Shown here piece by piece: positions 51,108 to 60,640 of a stretch of 64,000 nt of DNA. Position 1 is the stretch's first letter; the number at the start of each line of letters is the position of its first letter. The stretch spans positions 96,001 to 160,000 of the forward strand of contig JBHLKM010000008.1 of NCBI GenBank assembly GCA_048886685.1, in the 5' to 3' direction. The translations under genes and the position numbers were made by a program. Below the pieces are notes generated by a model. The model was not told the DNA's origin and did not search any database. It saw only the letters and a list, made by a program, of their open reading frames with translations. This DNA is from Candidatus Hodarchaeota archaeon (GTDB lineage: Archaea; Asgardarchaeota; Lokiarchaeia; Sigyniarchaeales; SOKP01).

Positions 51108-51620
51108 ATGCCATTAAAATGCCAAATTTGTGGAAAAGAATATTTATATGATGGAAAGATATGCCATAGCTGCGAAGAGAGTGCCATTACAAGTGGTTTG
51201 ACATCTCGAGAGGGATATGAACATAAGTGGAGATGTGATAATTTTATTGAACCGAATGGTTTAGTATTTGGAAGCAATTTAAATAAGAGAAGAGAGTTTA
51301 CATTAAAATTAATTGAATGTCCTGAATGTGGAGAAAAGTATTCCTATGGCAGAAAAATCTGTCATGTCTGTGAAGGTAATTTATTGCCGTTTGGAACGTT
51401 ATTCGATTCAGATCGCAAGGCACGTAGGTGGAATTGTGAAACAGTATTAGCTTGTATAGAGATATTGTCATCTAATTTAGATACTACTGAGACCATTGTA
51501 AAAGATGTACCCCATTTAGAAAAACTCGAGAAAACTGATTATAAATGGAATCAAGTTTCGACTATAAAATATAATAATGAACAAATAGATGGGAAGAACA
51601 AGCTTCTGATCTATGAATAA
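51108..51620 (+). CDS. Uncharacterised double Zn-ribbon protein, paralog of 49193..49564
   Basis: CQICGKEYLYDGKICHSC...KWRC and CPECGEKYSYGRKICHVC...RWNC; ends LIYE. Confidence 0.78.
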   Translation: MPLKCQICGKEYLYDGKICHSCEESAITSGLTSREGYEHKWRCDNFIEPNGLVFGSNLNKRREFTLKLIECPECGEKYSYGRKICHVCEGNLLPFGTLFDSDRKARRWNCETVLACIEILSSNLDTTETIVKDVPHLEKLEKTDYKWNQVSTIKYNNEQIDGKNKLLIYE

Positions 51621-51816
51621 ATATCATTTTTTAAATTCAAGATTATTAAAAAAAAGTAAAAATAATGAATATAACTCAGGTTAAAATTATGAGCATTGTA
51701 GTAGTAAAGAAGGTAGCTTATACATCTAATTAAAATTAAGTTATTTCTTTATGGTTTTACTTAATATTTTCATTTTATTTTAAAGTAACTTAATGTAATT
51801 AAAGAGGTTAAAAAAA

Positions 51817-53157
51817 ATTCAACAAGAGATAATGTTATTTCCAGGATGCGTGATAGTAAATAGATTTCCCTTTATTGAAGTCTCAATAAGGAAAGTATTT
51901 GATCATCTGGGAATATCTTTTACTGAAAATCCCAAATTTTCTTGTTGTCCAGATCCAAATGGCATTAAAAATTCTAATAAGTTATTATATTCTATTACCG
52001 CAGCTCGCAATATTGCTCTTGCTGAGTTAGAAAATAAAGCAATATTAACACCCTGTAACGGATGCTTTAGCACATTAAAAAAAGTCAAAAGTGAAATCGA
52101 TACAGATCACCATTTCAAAAGGAAAATCAATAGTTATTTAGATAAGATTGATATCAAGGTTGAGGGAAAGACTGAAGTATTCCATATGGTTGATTTCATT
52201 TTCAAATTTAAGAGAGACACTATCAGGGATAATTTAATATATCCACTGACGGGATTAAGAGTTGCTGTGCATTATGGATGTCATTTTCTTAGACCAAGCA
52301 ATAAAGTTCAGATAGATGATCCCTTGGAACCAGCAATCTTTGATGACTTAATTAAGGATTTAGGTGCTGAAAGTATAGATTATAATCTTAAAATGGATTG
52401 TTGTGGGGGAATTCTCGAGAGAGCTGGAAATTCAAGTTTATCATTAGAAATTATTAAAGCAAAATTAGAAAGCATGAAAGAAAAAGATGTGGATTGCATT
52501 GTTGTTTGCTGTCCTCAATGTTATATGCAATTTGATCATTTACAACAGGAAATGAAAAAATTTGACTTTAATTATGACATTCCTGTGCTATATTATTCAG
52601 AATTATTATCTCTCGCATTAGGGCTAGATCTCCGAGATATTATTAAAAAGCATCATAGAACCCAAGTTGATTCACTTTTTGAAAAGATCGATCTCATCCA
52701 AGAGAAAAATAAGGAGATAAGAAAATTCTTCGATCTTACCTTTTTACTTAAATGCTATTCATGTGGGGCATGCGATGACGATTGTATTATCTCAAAGATG
52801 ACCGAATTTAGTCCGAAGGCACTCATAGGCAATATTATCAAAGGAAAAATTGATCAGGTAATCTCAGATCCTTCTATTTGGATGTGTCTCGACTGTTATT
52901 TGTGTTATGAGCTTTGTCCGATGGGAATTGGCCTAATTGAAATTTTTACTATATTACGAAATTTAGCAAAAGAAAGAGGTTTTATCACTAAAGGATTTGA
53001 AAAGGAATTTAACGCTTTTTACAAAAAAGGAATAGTAGGAATGCCTTCGAAGGCAGCACGATCTAGAGTTGGATTACCATCACATATACCGGATGTTGGA
53101 GATTTGAAAGATTTGTTTAATGTAGTAGAAAGAGAGAATACAAAACTAGAGGAATAA
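51817..53157 (+). CDS. HdrB-HdrC fusion (two CCG domains plus 2x[4Fe-4S])
   Basis: FPGC, SCCP, PCNGC, HYGCH, DCCGG, CPQC, then CYSCGACDDDC and CLDCYLCYELCP; start is ATT 51817 (after GAGGT) or ATG 51832. Confidence 0.88.
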   Translation: MQQEIMLFPGCVIVNRFPFIEVSIRKVFDHLGISFTENPKFSCCPDPNGIKNSNKLLYSITAARNIALAELENKAILTPCNGCFSTLKKVKSEIDTDHHFKRKINSYLDKIDIKVEGKTEVFHMVDFIFKFKRDTIRDNLIYPLTGLRVAVHYGCHFLRPSNKVQIDDPLEPAIFDDLIKDLGAESIDYNLKMDCCGGILERAGNSSLSLEIIKAKLESMKEKDVDCIVVCCPQCYMQFDHLQQEMKKFDFNYDIPVLYYSELLSLALGLDLRDIIKKHHRTQVDSLFEKIDLIQEKNKEIRKFFDLTFLLKCYSCGACDDDCIISKMTEFSPKALIGNIIKGKIDQVISDPSIWMCLDCYLCYELCPMGIGLIEIFTILRNLAKERGFITKGFEKEFNAFYKKGIVGMPSKAARSRVGLPSHIPDVGDLKDLFNVVERENTKLEE

Positions 53158-53160
53158 TTT

Positions 53161-54351
53161 ATGAGATGGGAAAATTATACCTCATTACCAGAGCAGTATA
53201 GGAATCAGAGAGTATTCGATGGATGTGGGATTTCTGGATTTATAAATGTTGATGGGAGTAGGGTTAGAGGGGATAAAGTCATTGATATGCTATGTATTTT
53301 AAAGGAGAGGGAAAATGGATTAGGAGCTGGGTTTGCGGCTTATGGTATTTATCCAAAATATAAAAATTATTATGCATTTCATTTTCTCTTTGATAATATT
53401 TCTGCTAAAACAAAAGTTTTAGATTATTTAGATAATAAAGGTACAATTATCGCATCTGAACCAATTCCAACTAATACTCCTTTAAATGTTGATAATCCAC
53501 CGATTATTTGGAGAGCTTTCTTCGATCCTAATAAAAGTGGAAGTCTGGAACCAGACGAAAAAGTCGTACAGATTGTAATGGAAATAAATGCGAACATAGA
53601 AAATGCTTTTGTTATGTCTTCCGGTAAAAACATGGGTGTGTTTAAAGGAAATGGGTGGTCACATGAAATTGCCAATTTTTACAAAATTTCAGATTATGAC
53701 GCTTTTATGTGGTTAGCGCATTCTAGGTTTCCTACCAATACTCCTGGATGGTGGGGAGGTGCTCACCCCTTTAATTTATTAAATTGTTCAGTTGTTCATA
53801 ATGGAGAAATAACATCCTATGGAACAAATAGAAGGTACTTAGACTCGTTTGGATATAAATGCACTCTCTTCACCGACACAGAAGTCATTGCATATTTATT
53901 TGATTTATTATGTCGTAAGCATCAAATACCCTTATCTATCGCCACAATTGCTCTAGCACCACCATTATTTGGTGAGATCGAAAAGTTAAGCAGGAGAGAG
54001 CAACTAGTGCTTAAAAGTATAAGAGCAACTTATCGGAGCGCGATGTTAAATGGACCATTTTCAATTGTGGTTGGTTTTTCAAATCCAATTCCTACAATGA
54101 TCGGATTATCTGATAGAAAAAAATTAAGACCCCTTGTAATTGGAATTTCAGATGATGAAAACACTATATATATGAGTAGTGAGGAAGCATCTTTCAAACG
54201 ATTGACGTTATCTAATAGAAATTTCTCAATGAAAGAAATATGGCATCCCAAAAGTGGGTCAGCAACGATTGTCATGCTTGGTAAAGGATTGATAACAAAT
54301 GGCCTTGAAACACCAATAAAAAATTTAAAATTAACAATGATGGAGGCTTAA
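53161..54351 (+). CDS. Glutamate synthase amidotransferase (Ntn) subunit, GltB1/GlxB-like
   Basis: Propeptide then DG|CGISG, ERENGLGAG, HSRFPTNT, AHPF, VHNGEI, TDTEV. Confidence 0.92.
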   Translation: MRWENYTSLPEQYRNQRVFDGCGISGFINVDGSRVRGDKVIDMLCILKERENGLGAGFAAYGIYPKYKNYYAFHFLFDNISAKTKVLDYLDNKGTIIASEPIPTNTPLNVDNPPIIWRAFFDPNKSGSLEPDEKVVQIVMEINANIENAFVMSSGKNMGVFKGNGWSHEIANFYKISDYDAFMWLAHSRFPTNTPGWWGGAHPFNLLNCSVVHNGEITSYGTNRRYLDSFGYKCTLFTDTEVIAYLFDLLCRKHQIPLSIATIALAPPLFGEIEKLSRREQLVLKSIRATYRSAMLNGPFSIVVGFSNPIPTMIGLSDRKKLRPLVIGISDDENTIYMSSEEASFKRLTLSNRNFSMKEIWHPKSGSATIVMLGKGLITNGLETPIKNLKLTMMEA

Positions 54352-54354
54352 ATA

Positions 54355-55875
54355 ATGGCAATCGCGCATGAAATTATTAATTATTTTAAAGTTGATATAA
54401 ATAGAGAAGATTGTAAAAAATGTAAACGATGCATTAATCACTGTTCATTTGGAGTTTTGTCTTTTAATGGGGAACAAATAATTGCTGAGGATCATAAATG
54501 TGTTGCCTGTCAACGGTGTGCAGTTATGTGTCCTGGAAATGCGATAAGAATTGTTCAAAATGAGTCATTTTTGCCACCTCATGGACATTATACAAGAAAA
54601 ATTCGAAATATAATCTGGGCTCAATCTGGGAATGGAGGTGTTCTACTATCCGCAACTGGTAATGATAGACCAATCCGTTCAATATTCGATGATTTACTTC
54701 TAGATGCGTGCCAAGTTACTAATCCCTCTATCGATCCCTTAAGAGAAACAATTGAAACTAAGATAATTTTTGGGAGAAAACCAAAGAAATTAACTTTCAT
54801 CTCTCATCCGGATGATTTAGAAAAAATTTCTTTAAAAACCAACTTGATGCCGAATTTTGAGATTGATATGCCAATCATGGTAGGTCATATGTCTTTGGGT
54901 TCAATTAGTTATAATGCATGTCAGGCAATTTACCAAGCAGCAACTGAATTAAATATTGTAGCAGGATCAGGTGAAGGGGGTTTACATCCAGATTTCTATG
55001 AATATGCTCCGAATATAATTACAGAAGTTGCTTCTGGAAGATTTGGAGTGGATATTAATTATCTTAGCAATGCTGCGGCGTTAGAAATAAAGATCGGGCA
55101 AGGAGCTAAACCAGGGCATGGTGGTCACTTACCAGGTGAAAAAGTTAGCAGTTTAATCTCGCAAACCCGAATGATTCCAAAAGGAAGCGATGCGTTATCA
55201 CCTTATCCCCATCATGATATTTATTCAATAGAAGATTTAGCTCAATTGATAGCTGCCTTAAAAGAAGCAACAAGATATAAAGTTCCTGTAGGAGTAAAAA
55301 TAGCGGCAGTTCATAATTCTGCTCCGATTGCAGTTGGAATTGTTAGAGGAAGTGCTGATTTTCTTACTTTAGACGGATTCCGTGGTGGAACTGGTGCTGC
55401 TCCAAGAATTATTCGGGATCATGCAGGAATCCCCATTGAATTAGCCATAGCTGCCGTTGATGAAAGATTAAGACAAGAAAATTTACGTGAAGAAGTAACT
55501 TTAATAGCTGGCGGTTCAATTCGATATTCTGCTGATTTAATTAAGGCTATTGCTCTAGGCGCTGATGTAGCAATGTGTTGTATGCCAGTTTTAATTTCAA
55601 TGGGATGTAGAGTTTGTCAGCAATGCTTCAGGGGACTATGTCCCTGGGGAATTGCAACTCAACAAGAATATTTGGTAAAACGATTAGATGTTGATGTTGC
55701 GAAAAATAGAATAATTAATTTATTTCATTCTTGGAATGAAGAATTAAAGGAAGTTTTAGGAGCGATGGGAATTGATTCTATAGAATCGCTCCGCTCAAAC
55801 CGAGACCGATTAAGATATATAGGTCCAAATCCGCGTATTGCGGACATTTTAGGAGTAAAACATGCAGGTGAATAA
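54355..55875 (+). CDS. Glutamate synthase FMN subunit with N-terminal ferredoxin, GltB2/GlxD-like
   Basis: Two CxxCxxCxxxC motifs; MSLGS, GEGG, ASGRFG, EIKIGQGAKPGHGGHLPGEKV, PHHDIYSIEDL, CRVCQQCFRGLCPWGI. Confidence 0.95.
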   Translation: MAIAHEIINYFKVDINREDCKKCKRCINHCSFGVLSFNGEQIIAEDHKCVACQRCAVMCPGNAIRIVQNESFLPPHGHYTRKIRNIIWAQSGNGGVLLSATGNDRPIRSIFDDLLLDACQVTNPSIDPLRETIETKIIFGRKPKKLTFISHPDDLEKISLKTNLMPNFEIDMPIMVGHMSLGSISYNACQAIYQAATELNIVAGSGEGGLHPDFYEYAPNIITEVASGRFGVDINYLSNAAALEIKIGQGAKPGHGGHLPGEKVSSLISQTRMIPKGSDALSPYPHHDIYSIEDLAQLIAALKEATRYKVPVGVKIAAVHNSAPIAVGIVRGSADFLTLDGFRGGTGAAPRIIRDHAGIPIELAIAAVDERLRQENLREEVTLIAGGSIRYSADLIKAIALGADVAMCCMPVLISMGCRVCQQCFRGLCPWGIATQQEYLVKRLDVDVAKNRIINLFHSWNEELKEVLGAMGIDSIESLRSNRDRLRYIGPNPRIADILGVKHAGE

Positions 55876-56713
55876 AATTACTATAGTTAATGATATTGAA
55901 ACAAAAGATTTTGGAATTGGAATTGAAGAACCATTAGAGATAGATGCTGCTCCAAATGGAGATCCTCTCGATTATAGAGAATTAAATTCCATGATTCATA
56001 ATGCTGTTAATAATAATTGTAAGAAAATTGTGTTAAACAATGTTTGTGGGCAAAGATTTATAGGTGCTGCTTTACAAGGAGATGTAGAAATAAGTATTAA
56101 TGGGGTTCCTGGTAATGATTTAGGGATTTTTATGGATGGTCCAAGAATTAGTGTTTTTGGGAATTGTGAGGACCAATCTGGTAATACCATGAATCAAGGA
56201 ACAATGATAATTGATGGGGATGGAGGAGATGTTATAGGCTTATCTTCAAGAGGCGGGAAGATTTATATCAAAGGTGATGTTGGATATAGAGTTGGTATTC
56301 ACATGAAAGAATATGAAGACCATTTTCCAATATTAATAGTCGGTGGCACAGCTAAAGACTTTTTAGGTGAATATATGGCTGGTGGTAAAATTATTGTACT
56401 TGGTTTAAAAATTTCCTCAAATAGTAGTATTTCTGAGAGTCCACAGTCAATTTGTGGTACGGAATTAGGAACAGGGATTCATAGGGGTGCTATTTATCTT
56501 CGAACAGAAGAAAATGTAGAGGATAGGTTAGGTGTTGGAGCAAAAGTTTTCAATCTTTCAAAAGATGAACAAGAAGAAATTGATACTTACGTAGAAGATT
56601 TCTGTAAAACATTTAATGTTCCCCTAAGTGCTGTTGATAATAAACCTTTTAAAGTTATTAAACCAATTTCAAAAAGACCTTTTGGTGGAAATTATTGTAG
56701 CCAATTAATCTAA
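55862..56713 (+). CDS. Glutamate synthase beta-helix subunit, GltB3/GlxC-like
   Basis: GQRFIG, PGNDLG, GNTM, GYRVGIHMK, DFLGEYMAGG. Confidence 0.9.
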   Translation: MQVNKITIVNDIETKDFGIGIEEPLEIDAAPNGDPLDYRELNSMIHNAVNNNCKKIVLNNVCGQRFIGAALQGDVEISINGVPGNDLGIFMDGPRISVFGNCEDQSGNTMNQGTMIIDGDGGDVIGLSSRGGKIYIKGDVGYRVGIHMKEYEDHFPILIVGGTAKDFLGEYMAGGKIIVLGLKISSNSSISESPQSICGTELGTGIHRGAIYLRTEENVEDRLGVGAKVFNLSKDEQEEIDTYVEDFCKTFNVPLSAVDNKPFKVIKPISKRPFGGNYCSQLI

Positions 56714-56937
56714 TTTTTTCCCCTTTTTTTGAATTTGTTCATTTATAAACATTAAGCTTTAATATATGAATAACAACCCTTAAACATTGTTCAATTATAT
56801 TCATTTTTTCTAAAAAATATTGAAAAATTCTTATATTAATTTTTAAGATTATCGGATTTTTTAATTAAATATTAATAAATTGTTTAATTTCGATCCTAAT
56901 ATTTATTAATAATAAAACCTAATTTATTATAAAAAAT

Positions 56938-56951
56938 GGGAATACAAACCC
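56938..56951. promoter_or_regulatory. Candidate operator GGGAATACAAACCC
   Basis: One mismatch to GGGA-N6-TCCC; 28 nt after TATA-like TTTATTAA (56902-56909). Confidence 0.55.
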
Positions 56952-56988
56952 ACTATTTTTTTGAATACATTTGAAAAGTAGATTATTT

Positions 56989-58638
56989 ATGACAAAATTT
57001 TCAATGGATACTCATCAATCAAGCATGATAGGGTCTAGAACCAGAGTTGAGGATTCTTGTGAATCTGGTTTGTGCCCAATTTGTGTAGCAGATTGCCCTG
57101 TTTTCTGCGAAGTTTCAAAATCTGCTTTGCGCGGTCGCGAAGTGTTATATCCACGTAGAGAATTTTTTGGTAATTCTACAGCTGGTTCACCAAAAGATTT
57201 TGGGTTCTCTTATAGTGACTTTCAAATTCAATTTGAATGTCGAGGAGCTCAGGGAATTGAAGAAGATGAAGATAAAGTAATATTTCCTAATGTTAATATT
57301 AAAACTAAGTGGGGAAATATTGAACAAAAAAATCCATTTGTAATTGCTGGTTTAGGAAGCACTTACGTTGCAAAACGTAACTGGGATGGTTTAGCAATAG
57401 GAGCTGCATTATCAGGAGTAAGTACTACTGTAGGAGAGAATGTAGTTGGAATGGATCCTTATGCTAAATTCGCAAACCATGCCGTATATCCTAAAGTAGT
57501 TGATACACAGGATATGAAATATCGGGTTGAAAAATACAGAGAATTTTGGGATGGGAAGCATGGAGATATTATTGTACAAAAAAATGTAGAGGATACAAGA
57601 TTAGGTGTTTTTGATTATGTTATGTCTAATTTAGAAGTAAACTCACTTGAAATAAAATTTGGTCAAGGTGCAAAAGCAATTGGAGGCGAAGTCAGGTTAG
57701 AATCATTGGAGCGTGCCCAATTACTGCAGGAAAGAGGGTACCTTGTCTTTCCTGATCCTTCAGATCCAGTTATTATTGAACAGTGGAAAGAAGGATTAAT
57801 TCCAGACTTTGAAAGACATAGTCGGGTAGGACTATCTTCTACTGAGGATGTTTTAGAAGAAATTGATCAAGTACGCTCAAGCGGCGCAAAAAATATTTTC
57901 ATAAAAACTGGAGCATACAGACCAGCAGCAACAGCTTGGATAATAAGATTAGGTATTGAAGGAAAAGTAGATGGAATGACTTTTGATGGTGCTGGTGGAG
58001 GTACTGGTATGAGTCCAGTAAGTATGATGAATGAAGGATCAATTCCAACAGCCTATTTAGAAGCACTAGTAGTTGGATGTCTTGATATGATTAAAAAGAA
58101 AAATCCGAATGTATCTATACCCTCTATTGCAATAGCAGGTGGTATTGCTAATGAAACACAGATTTTTAAAGCACTTGCTATGGGTGCTCCTTATGTAAAT
58201 TGCATTGCGATGGCAAGAGCCCCAATTACCGCAGCTATGAAAGCAAAATTCATTGGAGAGGTTATTAATAAAAAGGAAGCCACACCTGCAATGCTTCGCA
58301 ATTTGGGTTTCTATAAGGACAAAGATCCTAAAAGTTTGACATTAAGTGAAGCTTTTGTTGAGTATGATAATTTGAATAGAATTTATAACGGAAATCGTAT
58401 TCCTCCTTCGGCGATTGGAGTTTACACTTATTTTACTAGCAAATTAGGTATAGGACTCCAACAACTATTAGCTGGAGTTCGAAAATTTAAGGCGAATTTA
58501 ATATGTCGAAATGATATTGCTTATATTTCTCAAAGAGCTAAAGAAGTATGTAAAAAATGGAATCTTGGAATTAAATCTCAAGAATCACTCGATTATGAGT
58601 TAGTAAAAAATGAGATTTATTCTGGGAATTATGATTAA
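56989..58638 (+). CDS. Glutamate synthase-related FMN-binding protein (second family)
   Basis: CESGLCPICVADCPVFCE, EIKFGQGAKAIGGE, DGAGGGTGMSP, IAGG; ATG at 56989. Confidence 0.85.
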   Translation: MTKFSMDTHQSSMIGSRTRVEDSCESGLCPICVADCPVFCEVSKSALRGREVLYPRREFFGNSTAGSPKDFGFSYSDFQIQFECRGAQGIEEDEDKVIFPNVNIKTKWGNIEQKNPFVIAGLGSTYVAKRNWDGLAIGAALSGVSTTVGENVVGMDPYAKFANHAVYPKVVDTQDMKYRVEKYREFWDGKHGDIIVQKNVEDTRLGVFDYVMSNLEVNSLEIKFGQGAKAIGGEVRLESLERAQLLQERGYLVFPDPSDPVIIEQWKEGLIPDFERHSRVGLSSTEDVLEEIDQVRSSGAKNIFIKTGAYRPAATAWIIRLGIEGKVDGMTFDGAGGGTGMSPVSMMNEGSIPTAYLEALVVGCLDMIKKKNPNVSIPSIAIAGGIANETQIFKALAMGAPYVNCIAMARAPITAAMKAKFIGEVINKKEATPAMLRNLGFYKDKDPKSLTLSEAFVEYDNLNRIYNGNRIPPSAIGVYTYFTSKLGIGLQQLLAGVRKFKANLICRNDIAYISQRAKEVCKKWNLGIKSQESLDYELVKNEIYSGNYD

Positions 58639-58691
58639 ATAAATTTTCTTCTTTTTACTAAAAAAAAAATAGAAATAGCAAAGTCTAAAGA

Positions 58692-60482
58692 TTAGTTCAT
58701 AAGACTTTCTAATTGATTAACAAAATCTTCATACTGTTTTATCCCGAGTACCCAAAAGTCTTTCTTTGTTACATCTAATCCTACAATCATTCCTAATTCT
58801 ACCGGAGAAATGCTGCCACCTGCAGCGAGAAGCTTCTTAAATTTGGGAACAAAGTCTTTACCCTCTTTTTTATAAGCTTGATAAAGTGCATAAACAAAAA
58901 GTTGAGCATAGACATAGGGGTAATTATAGAAGCGAAAATTTGGGATGAAGTAATGTTGCTTCATAGTCCATTCCCAATCCATCTCCTCAAACCATTCTAC
59001 AGAATCTCCGTATATTTTATCTCTACCAGCGCACCAATATTTCGATATAGTCTTACCATCTAGATTTTCACCTTTTTCTATCGCTTTATATAAATCATGT
59101 TCAAACCAATATCTCGCACTTACTTGAAATGCAGCTTGTCCCGCATCGTCAAGTACATAGGCTAGTATTGCCATTTTTTCTTCTTTTGATTCGGCTACTT
59201 CAAGAAGTAAATCGGTTAATAAAAGTTCTCCAAATATTGAAGCAGTCTCTGCTACACTATACCCTGGATGAATATTAAAGTATGTTTGTGCTTGGATGGC
59301 TAAATAATCATGGATTGCATGACCAAGCTCATGAATAAGTGTAAAAATTTCATTCATTTCTCCAGTATACGTCATAAGAATAAATGCAGATTTTCCTTTA
59401 TACCAAGAAGCGCAATTAGCTCCATTTCTTTTACCGTTTCTAGGACTTGCGTCAATATGATTTCGATTGAACATATCATTAAGATACTCCGCAAATTCCT
59501 TATCAAATTTTTCATTTGCTTGAATTACGAGTTCTTTAGCTTTTTCCCATAAATATTTTTTATGTGGGGCAATCGGAAGTGGAGCTCGAACATCAGCACA
59601 ATTTAACTTGGGAAAACCTAGGATCTTTGCTTTAAGATTCATATATCTACGATAAACATCAACACCTTCTTCTATTGCCCTCATCAAATTATCAATTATT
59701 TCTTGAGTTGTATCATTTACAATAAGGCTATCATGCATTGGGTTATCATATTTTCTTCTCTTCGAATTATTCACCCAATTTCCGCATATACTTCTCAAAG
59801 CCGTAGAAAAGATATACTCATCTTCTCCTAGCAAACCATAAATAGACTTATTTGCTGAAATTCTGGTATTCCTATCTGGGTGGTTGAGTAAAGCATTAGC
59901 CTCCCCATAAGATAGTTCTTTTTTCTCACCCTCAAATTCTACTACAATTTTTCTTGTATTCAACCATTTAGACTGTAGGGTGCTCCATGCCCTTACCCCA
60001 TATTGATCTTTTTCAAGAATTATTTGTTCTTCTATTTCAGAAAGATCATGAGGAAATTTTCTTTTAATTATCTCTAGAAGATGTTTATAATTAGATAGAA
60101 TCGGTTCATTGATTATGTCAGCATTGTTATAAACAAATTTGGCAATATCTAAGTCCAAAAAGGCTAGATCTTTAGCTATTTTTGTTGTAAAATCATCAAT
60201 ACGATTCTTTAAAGCCTCACTTTCTGGAATAGTCATATTAGCACTGAATAATCTATCCTTATAAAGATCTAATTCACCAAGTTCAGCTCCAAATTCTTCT
60301 TGTATTTTAAATAGTTCTAACAATTTCTTAGGTGTAAATTCAGGAGAATTAATTTTCCCTTTATAATTATTAACAAGTTCAGTAGCCTTACTAGAGAGGG
60401 TATCCATCCTTTCAGTGATTTTAGGGTCATCATGACCAACGAAAATTTCTGTTAAATCCCACGCGATTTCTTTTTCAGTCAT
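58692..60482 (-). CDS. pepF: Oligoendopeptidase F (M3B)
   Basis: WDL N-terminus, GKRNGA, HELGH, AETASIFGE, FYNYPY. Confidence 0.92.
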   Translation of the reverse strand: MTEKEIAWDLTEIFVGHDDPKITERMDTLSSKATELVNNYKGKINSPEFTPKKLLELFKIQEEFGAELGELDLYKDRLFSANMTIPESEALKNRIDDFTTKIAKDLAFLDLDIAKFVYNNADIINEPILSNYKHLLEIIKRKFPHDLSEIEEQIILEKDQYGVRAWSTLQSKWLNTRKIVVEFEGEKKELSYGEANALLNHPDRNTRISANKSIYGLLGEDEYIFSTALRSICGNWVNNSKRRKYDNPMHDSLIVNDTTQEIIDNLMRAIEEGVDVYRRYMNLKAKILGFPKLNCADVRAPLPIAPHKKYLWEKAKELVIQANEKFDKEFAEYLNDMFNRNHIDASPRNGKRNGANCASWYKGKSAFILMTYTGEMNEIFTLIHELGHAIHDYLAIQAQTYFNIHPGYSVAETASIFGELLLTDLLLEVAESKEEKMAILAYVLDDAGQAAFQVSARYWFEHDLYKAIEKGENLDGKTISKYWCAGRDKIYGDSVEWFEEMDWEWTMKQHYFIPNFRFYNYPYVYAQLFVYALYQAYKKEGKDFVPKFKKLLAAGGSISPVELGMIVGLDVTKKDFWVLGIKQYEDFVNQLESLMN

Positions 60483-60640
60483 AATAATAAATACCTTAAA
60501 AATTGGAAAATTTAAAAACCTTTACTACAGATTTAATTTAATACTTAAAGTCGGGGATGGAAAAAAGAAATAGAAATTATGTCTATGAAATGATCTAGGA
60601 TTATTTAATTATTTTATATTAAAATCAGTTAAAGTTAGAT

